Below, piece after piece: positions 22,301 to 31,300 of a stretch of DNA of 64,000 nucleotides; positions within the stretch are counted from its first letter, which is position 1; every line of letters starts with the position of its first letter. The translations under genes were made by a program, and so were the position numbers. The DNA is taken from NCBI GenBank assembly GCA_976226885.1, contig OZ320320.1, forward strand, positions 67,828,001 through 67,892,000, in the 5' to 3' direction. The stretch comes from Iphione sp. A-MEVVRFRX5. Lineage: Eukaryota. The notes under the pieces were generated by a model. That model was not told the origin of the DNA, did not search any database, and saw only the letters and a list, made by a program, of their open reading frames with translations.

Positions 22301-25300
22301 GTTGTTATCTTAGCAAAAAAAGAGAGGACCTATTAGAGGAGGGGGAGGAGTAGATACCTGCAGATTTTTGTGGCTCTTTCTAATGATAGATTTCTCCATT
22401 TGATTGTGTGATACATTTGCTGAATTCCACAACACTTACAGTACTGAAATCATGTATCAATTGCTTGCCTTTTTGTATCGGAGAGTCAATGTTATGCATG
22501 TACACGTTAAAATTTTCACATATCGACCGACTGGCATTTGGGCAGGCAGATAGGCAGGTGGTAAAAAGAGACTGTCAGATGAGAAAAGTGTCTGTTGTTA
22601 TATATATGGCAACGATATTTTAAAAAAAATCTATTTTGCTGTGTGTCCACCCTACACGCTTCCAGCCGGGCAGTGCCATCAGCAGCAGTGCTGGCACCAG
22701 CAGCCACTCTTCGCGCTCCTCCAACCGTGCTCGTACTCGCCAGTACCGCACGGTGGCGCACACGGCGCAGGTCGACGAGTCGCTCTTCGGTGAGCCCAAC
22801 CGCGACGCCCACCGCCAGCAGCTGCTTGAGAAGAAATGGCGCCAAGAGGCGGCCTCTCCACTCGAGGAGGAGGCACAGAGGCGGAGCGCTGGTCGTCAGA
22901 AGAAGGACAAGAAGTCAAAGGAAACTGTCCAAGTCATCACCAAGGATCTCATCCGCAATCTCATGTAAGCCCCAGAGTTCATGATAGTATAGAATCTGGT
23001 GTAGATGAGTTATTTTGTGCTGCATACAGTGTAAATTTTTCTAAAGGTCATTCCTCTCATTCCAGGTAGTGGTTACTATTTTCATCTTGAAATTGTCATC
23101 AGTTACAGCCAGAGCCAAACTCCCTTCACCCAAAAATAGGAATCAAGACTAACATTCCGTAGCTAAAAGAAAGAAGCGCTTTTTGTGTTTGAACTTATGG
23201 TATTTGTTTTATGAATTTGTTGTACAGTGTGCCCTCTGAAGACCCGTCTGGACAGTCACTGATACTTCCCAGCTATGAGTTCTACCGCATCCGTAACGCA
23301 GCCCGCATCCTCACTGACGAGGATAAGAAGCACATGGCAGAAATGCACAAGATGGCTAAGGAGGAACAAATGGTGAGTTTAAACAGGGTATCCAGACGAG
23401 AGACTTTGGCAGTAGGGAGCTGTGGAGTTTAGATAAGTAACTCATGGGGGGGGGGGGGGTCATGCAGTTTATATGCTCCGTTTGGCTAGATTTACCTACG
23501 TTTAATTTGCTGTACACGTAAATGTGTAAGGAAAGTATGTTGTAATTGACCCATTGCGAAGAGATTGAAGAAACTGGTAGTACAGACAGATTTTTCACTA
23601 ATTGTGACGTAATCATGGAGGACCAAAAAAGTGACCCCAAAATGGTTGACAATTTCTTGCATTTCAAAGTTTGAACACAAATTTCTCATTAATTCCTTGA
23701 TAGATTCTCATCTAACTTGGTAGACATATAGATATTGTACGCCCCGATCGAAGAGACATAACGAAGTAGTACGTTTCCGAAGTTTATTGCATGAAGTGCA
23801 AAACATGAATGACAATGGTCTCCGCCTTGAAGCGATATTTATAGTAAACTGTAAAACTCTGCCCGGAGTCTAGACACTCCGCCCCAAATCTCCGCTAACT
23901 CCGCTAACTCCGCTACTCCGCCCACACTGCTCCCTTCTGAAAAAGGCTCGGACCCCGAGCCCACATAACTGTATGCAAGCTGAATAAAGAACTTGTCAAC
24001 AACACTGTCTGAACTTATCTAAGTCAATACGTAGAGAACAAGAACTAGAAGGAGCATGTACTTGCTCCTAAATGCTTCCTGAGTTGGGAGGGCATGTGCT
24101 TGCCCTCCCCTTAGAGAGCTTCACTTGGAAGTCTTCCTCGATGGTAAGGTCCACGTGGTCAGGATCCGCTTGACAGAGTTCGAAGAAGGACCGGGTGCAG
24201 CGGGCGCGAACACCCGCCACCTCCCGGCCCAAGGTCTGCACCCAGGCCTCCAAGGTGGAAGCGTCCTGCGGAGGGCTCCGCAGGAGCAACCGAGCTGCTT
24301 GACGAACTGTCACATGGTAGGAGTCTGTTCCAGCTGACACCGTGGACTGTCCCTTTGCTGACACTAGCCGCCACCCCAAGGGTGCGGCCACCAGGGGCGT
24401 AACCAGCCGGCCATTAGCCCAAAGTCGTACTGCCTCCGGAATGTTAGTGTCCAACAGGACTAACTGCCGCTTGGCGCCGGTCCCAGGGGGAAGGCGCCCA
24501 GCCGTTCCAGGACCGGCCACTGGGGTAGAAGGTAGGGGTGCCTTCTGCTGGCCCGGTCCCGCAGGAGTCGAGGTGGCGAGGGGGGACACGACTGTCCCCC
24601 CACCCAAACCACCGGCGTGGTGATGTTCGCTGTCCTCCCTCCCGGCCTGAGAGAGAGGGGGCTGATCCGGACGTCCCGGGGGTGCCGGGGGGATCACAGG
24701 CTGCACCGGAGGGGTATCCGGCGCCACTCCTGTGGGAAGACGATCCGTACTGACCACCGGGCCAGTACCCGCGGGTCCTGCTGGGGTAGGGAGATGACCC
24801 GCGCCGTCGTCGCCGCCAGCGTCGGGCGGAGCGTCTATGGGCGGAGTGATGTTGGGGAGCTGCAGCGAACTCCGCCCCGATGTCTCCGCCTCCGCTGAGC
24901 CGCCCTCCGCCGAGCTCACCGGCCCCGCGGGCCCCGCCGTCGTCGTCTCAGGATGAGTAGGAGGTGGGGGTCCCGCCGGTGCCAACCCCGTGGATTCTTG
25001 GTCTCCGGCGGCCTCGACCGCTCCGCCCGGTTGCTCCTCCTCCTCCTCCGCCGGCGCAGGCTCCGCTGAGTCTCGTCCCTCTGCCAGCTCCGCCAGGGTC
25101 CGTACGGCCTCATCGATATCTCCCTGGGCGACCTCAGCACCACCGGACGAGTCTAGTACCGCGTATCGTACTTGTCCCACGGTCGGCTCTCCTTGTTCGG
25201 TCTTCTTCTCCGGCCCAGGTTGAGGGGGCGCCGCCTCTTCCTCTTCCTCGCTCGAGGTGAGGACCACCACTTCGCCACCCTCATCCTCCGGCCTCGTCCA

Positions 25301-28300
25301 GTCTAAGCCCAGCCGTGCGTCCAGGTCCCTGGCCTCCTGGCTGAGGGTCGAGTACGATGATCCGGGCGTAGCAGATGACGGGGTGCCCAGGATTCCTGCG
25401 GTGGTGGCGGCTCGAGCAAGGGGGGACATCGTAGCGGTGAGCCCCTTTCCTGTAGTAGCCTTCCTCTTAGCTGGGGTCGGCGTCGCTGCTTCGCCTGCAG
25501 ACGAGATGGGGGAGGTGACTGGCTGATACCCCCCCGGCCCGCTCTCATCTCGCGTAAGTCCAAATCGTGGCCGGGCGTCCTCACATGGGAGTGGGTATAC
25601 CAGTGTGGTAACCCCTCCCCTTTTCCTTTTTCTCGACCCCCGTGGTGAGGCCGGGCTCGCGCCGCCCCCGGGGTGCTGACATTGGAGGTGGGGGACGCCG
25701 TCTGCTCTTCCTGGGCCGCCCGTTTGCGCTGCCTAGCTTCACATGCGGCTGCCACTCGCTTCAACTCAGGGGTGAGCCCTGTACTGGCCGGGGAAGAGTC
25801 CAGCCCATGCAGCCGTACATCCACTGACCGGCCTCCAGCGGAGCCCAGTCCTGACGGTCCAGCACGAGGGGAGCCTGGGGTCCCCTGCACGGTCGAGGTC
25901 ACAGCTTCCCCCTTGCTCCCTCGCGGCCGCAACTGCCGGTCGGACGCCTCCGTCGCCTCCTCCTCTTCGCTCTCCCCTTCGTCATCGTCCTCCTCTTCCT
26001 CCTCTTCAGATTCCTCCACCGCGGCCGGAGTGGTGCCAGAAGAGCTACTCCGTTGCCGCTCTCGCTTGGGACGTGGAGGAACGGGGTCCCCCCTCATCAT
26101 GGCTCTCTCCTTGGCCCGCTCCCATTCCTCAACTCGCAAGAGCCAGCGTTGCTCTTCCAGCCTCCGTTGAGGAACCCTTGCGTCGCGCCCCGTCTTCAGA
26201 TCGACGAAGCACAAGTCTGCATCCTGCCCCCACTCCAGGTAGTGGTCCCCGTCGGTGGAGTGTTGGGCCTTGAGGTGCCGCCGGAGGTCGTCCCGGCGCT
26301 TGAAGATGGCCCCGCGACAGCGAGGAGCGGGGCAACGCCGGCAGAACGCGAGTCGTCGATGGGTCCCCATGTGCCGCCGCAAGTTGCCCGGTCGGTCTGT
26401 CTGGTAGCCACAAAGGTTACACCCGTGGCTGGTGTCCCCGGTCTCGGCCATTTCCACGTTGTCGGGGGCCCCTGGTTCTGGTACGCTCCGCCCTGGGTGT
26501 AGAGGCCCGCCTCGTAACAGCAAGTCTGGTCGTAGGAACGGCGGGGGGGTGGGCGGTCTCCGCTGGCACGCCTCCGCTGTTGTCGTGCTCCGCCCGGAGC
26601 TCGTCTGCACGTCCCTCGAGGGCGAACTCCGCCGGCCTGGCCTCGGTTCGCTCCGCCCGGAGAATGAAGGGCTGCCTCGTAAAGGCAAGTCCGGTCGCGG
26701 GAGAGGCGGTCTCTGTCGGTGCGTCTCCGCTGTCGTCGCGCTCCGCCCGGAGCTCAGCTGCACGTCCCTCACGGGTGAACTCCGCTGGGCCAGGGAAGGC
26801 GATCTCCGCTGCTCTTGCTCCGCCGCTGTCGCACTCCGCCCTGGAAATGACCTCTCCGTTGGGGGAGCGTCTCGGTGAATGGATTGAACAGCCCACTCCG
26901 CTGCCTCGCGCTTATAAGCACCCGCCAACAGCTCCGCTAGTCTCTGATTGGCTAGCGGTTCGCGCGCTCGCCGCTCATTGGTCGACGCTGGGCGGAGTGC
27001 CGTCAGCCCCCTTTGAGCCCGCCCTGCGGTCTCCGCCGAGCGGAGAGGTTGGCTAACTCCGCCCGGAGACAGCTGCTGGGCGGACTCCGCCCGGGACTTG
27101 TCGCCTCGCCCGTCTTGGCCCCAGGGCGGTCGCCGACCTTCCAGCTGCCACTCTCGGCAGTGCCCTTCCCAGAGCTGGGCGACCAGGGTCTTGGTGGCTT
27201 GACCTCCATAGCGCTGGCGCAGCTTCCGGCATATTCCTCGAAATTTCCACAGTGCCAAACCGAACCGGTCGCGGCGACGGGGGCGTCCAGTCTTCTTCGG
27301 GGGAACAGTCTTCCTCGCCGTACGCCGGGGGCCTAGCATTCCCCGCGTCTGTCGATGTAGCTCCCGCAGTTCCTGGTTCAGCATCTCCGCCCAACCCCGG
27401 GGAATGCGACCCTGGGTCGGAGTCGGCCGTTCACGGGCGGTGCTCTCATCCCCTTCGGGGCCGGTTACCCGTCGCCTGTACCACCGAGGGGGTGGCACAC
27501 GGGCTGAGTGAAGTTCCATAGCGTCCTGACGAAGGACGTTCACTCGGCCGATCACGTCGGAATCTTCCCTCGCTTCTGTGGCAAACGCAGGCTTCAAGAG
27601 ATCGGCGTGGACAATTCGTTGTTTGCTACCTCGCCCAATGCGGTATACCACCGTACTGAGTCTGGCTCTGACCTCCCACGGCCCCTGCCAGCGGCACTGA
27701 AGCTTGGGCGAGCGTCCCTTCTTCTTGATAGGCGAGTAGACCCAGACGTTGTCACCAGCTCGATATTCCTGATGCCGCACCTTCTGATCGTACCAGTCCT
27801 TACGCCGCTCGGCTGCTCGCTGAAGTTGTCGCCGTACCGTTGAATGCGCCGTCACTAATCGATGGCGGACAGATTCCACGTATCCGTGCACACTCACCTC
27901 TGGTTCCCCAGGCGAACCGACCATCAACTCGACTGGAAGGGTGGTTTCCCGACCCAGGGTCAACCAGTTGGGGGAGAACCCCGTCGTGCGATGAGGAGTA
28001 GCCCGGTATGCTGCCATCACAAAGGGTAGTTGTTCGTCCCAGTCCGACTGGTCCTCCTTGACAACCTTGGCCAGCATTCCTGTCAGTGTCCGGTTGAACC
28101 GCTCCACCACCCCATCGCTCTGAGGATGGTAAGGAGTGGTCCGGGTCTTTTGAATCCCCAGCAGTCGCAGGAGCTCCCGCATCAGCGCAGCGTCGAAATT
28201 TCTTCCCTGATCAGAATGGAGAATGCGAGGAGGTCCGAACCGGCATACTACCTCCCTGAGGAGATGGCGAGCGGTCGACTCTGCATCCACTTCTGCCGCG

Positions 28301-31300
28301 GGAATCGCCTCTGTCCATTTCGTGAAGTGGTCGGCGACCACAATGATGTAGCGGTTACCTCTAGGAGTAGTCGGAAACGGTCCACACACATCCACAGCCA
28401 CTAACTCCCAAGGTCCAGGAGCCAGCCGGAGTTGCATGGGCGCTCTTCGCTTGCGGGCAGGGTCCTGACGACGCTGGCAATCGAGGCACTCTTGATTCCA
28501 GCGACGAACATCACGCCCGAGTCCGGGCCAGAAGTAGCGTAGGCGAACTGCTCCTTCCGTCTTCTCGGGCCCGAGATGCCCCCCGAGAGCGCCTCCATGC
28601 ACCTCCTTCCAGACTGCCCACCGCAAGCTCTCCGGAACGTATGCCTGATGGCGCAGGCCCCCGTCCTCCATACTCCACTGCCGGCACAACAGTCCACGGG
28701 ACACACACAGTCGAGGCCACTCATTTTTCAGGCATCGCGTCTCATAGTCATCTTCCGGTACGCGTTCGGGTGCCTCTCCTTCTTCCTCCACACGACGGCG
28801 CAGGTCCCGCGTCAGGTCATCCTGTTCTTGAGCCTGCCTCAGCCCACCTTCGTCCGAACGAGCCTCAACTTGCAAGGCGGCCACTTGTCCGGTTAGGGTC
28901 TCGTCATCCTCTTCCGGCTCCCTGCCACACTGTCGGCACCTGGTCCTCGAAAGACTATCCGCATTACCGTGACGGCGGCCGGGTCTGTGCTCAATTTCCA
29001 CGTCGTAACAGTACACTTCCTCTAACCACCGGGCTAGCTGACCCTCGGGTTCCCGGAACCGGCATAACCACCGCAAAGAGCTGTGGTCCGTACGGATCAC
29101 CACCTTCCGGCCCCCGACGTAAGCGCGGAACTTGCGTAGGCCGAATACCACTGCCAGCAACTCCTTACGTGTGACGCAATAATTCCTCTCGGCCTTCGAA
29201 AGACTCCGGCTCGCGTACGCTAGCACCCTCTCCTTGCCGTCTTGTTCCTGCGATAACACAGCCCCAATTCCAGCGATGGAGGCATCCGTGTCTACCGTCA
29301 TGAGTCCTTCGGCTCTGGGATACGCCAAGATAGGGGAAGACATCAGCCGATTCTTGAGTTCGTCGAACGCTGCTTGGCACGCGTCGCTCCAGCGGTATTC
29401 TTCCCCCTTCTCAAGGAGCTGGTGAAGAGGTGCAGCCACGCTGGCGAATCCTTCAATAAAGCTCCTATAGTACGAGCAGAGGCCGATGAAACTCCTGAGC
29501 TCCGTGACACAACGGGGGGGCGTCCAGTTCTGGATGACTCTCACCTTCTCAGGGTCCGGCTTCACTCCTTGGGCTGACACCCGATGGCCAAGATAAGCCA
29601 CCTCTCTCTGGAAGAGCTGGCACTTCTGCGGCTTAATCTTGAGCCCCGCTTGGCGCAGCCGACCGAAGACCTCCTCGAGACGCTCTACCATTTCCGGAAC
29701 CGTCCGGCCGATGACAATCACATCGTCAAGGTACACCAGGCAACTTCGTCCCACTAGGCCCCGGAGTACCGCCTCCATCAGGCGCTCGAAGGTGGAGGGA
29801 GCGTTGCACAGTCCGAAGGGCATCACCCGGAACTGGAACAGCCCCCCAGGCGTACACACGGCTGTCTTCTCCCTGTCTTCCGGACGGACCTCCACCTGCC
29901 AATAACCGCTAGCCAAGTCGATTGCCGAAAAGAACTGCGCCCCCGAGAGTGCATCCAACGTGTCATCTATTCGGGGCAGTGGGTATGCGTCCTTCTTGGT
30001 CACTTGGTTGAGCGCCCTGTAGTCGATGCAGAACCTCCAGGAATTGTCCTTTTTCTTGACTAGGACGACCGGAGATGCCCAAGGGCTCACGGAGGGTTCC
30101 AGTACCCCTTGCCGCACCATCCGTTCCACCTCTTGCCGGACCACTTCTCGCTTCCCTGGAGGTAGCCGCCGAACTCGCTGCCGGATGGGCCGGTGACCTT
30201 CCACCTCTATCCGATGTTGCACCTCGCTTGTGCACCCCAGTGGTTCCCCATCCTCCTGCAGGCAAGCTTGGTTTCTTGTCAGCATCCTATGGATAGCCTC
30301 CCGATCCTCCGAATCAAGTTCCTCTGGTAGTCCCGACATTAGGGTGGCCACCGCCGAACTTCTCTTCTCACTTCCTCCCTCTGCTGTGACGCTGAGGGCC
30401 GCACCGAGCTGTTCCGGGTGGTCGACCAGTTGGGCTCTCCCGACTACCGTCCCTCTCCTGAGGTACCGCCCGTCCGGGCCAGCATTGGCAACTTCCACCC
30501 GCCCGGACTGACTCCCTGCCTGGCATAATGACCCTGCCAGTCGCAGCCTGGACCGTGCCTCCCACTCGGGGGAGGGTTCCACCAGCACGGCATCCCCGGA
30601 GCCTCCAAGCTCCTCCCACGCCACGGAGACCTCCCGTGTGGTGTAGCCGTCCAGCTGGCAATCCTCTGCCAATGCCACCTTGCACCCCCAACTGTCATCT
30701 TCCTCCGGCACGCTCACTCTCAATGTGGCCTCACTAGTGTCCACCTGGGCCTTCCAGCGACGCAAGGTGTCCAGGCCAAGAATGGCAGGACAATCAATGC
30801 TGGCCACCCAGGCATCAATTTCCAACTCCTCCTCCGCAAACTTGGCCGTGATGTTGGTCTTGCCTTTCACCCTCAATGGGCTCCCGTCTGCACAGAGGAT
30901 CCTTCCTTTAGTCGGGGCGAGCTCCGAGGCGCCCACGGCCCCCGCCGTTTCTTCGGAGAGGAGCGTCAGGGACGCCCCCGTATCCACCAACCACGGCACC
31001 TTGTATCCTCCCACCTCGCTGACCAGGATAATGTTGGCGGCAGGCGTCCTTTCCCCCTGTAGCAGCACTTCTCGCGTCCCTTCCAACTGCAGAACTCTCA
31101 AATGCCCCGCCAGCCCGTCACGCGTATGCTTCTCAGGTTGGGCCGCCCGCTCTACTGCTGAGGGGCGGCCGGTTCCCCGTTTCCCGAGGCCGTAGAGGGG
31201 GGAAGTTTGGGGCACTCTCGTTTGAAGTGTCCTGGCTCCCCGCAATTGAAGCACTTCTTCGGGCCGGTCTTCTTGTTGCTTCGCTCCTCTCCTTCCCGGT

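Noticed and set aside
23400-23735. IN-ZF fusion directing integration to genomic GCGGAG sites
   Set aside because: The flanks of elements 2 and 3 are AT-rich and I saw no exact GCGGAG within a few hundred bases; targets are ATAT.
25497-25584. GT-AG intron candidate in element 2 joining the ZF ORF to ORF4
   Set aside because: Donor and acceptor look good but the length is a multiple of three, so it does not change frame.
24068-25732. ORF4 as an env gene
   Set aside because: No signal peptide, furin-site/fusion-peptide layout or transmembrane anchor; it is acidic, proline-rich and has NLS-like patches.
26260-26421. ZF pair as a recently captured host KRAB/Kruppel gene fragment
   Set aside because: No TGEKP linkers, atypical spacing conserved in three diverged elements, and codon style like the rest of the element. 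An ancient capture cannot be excluded.
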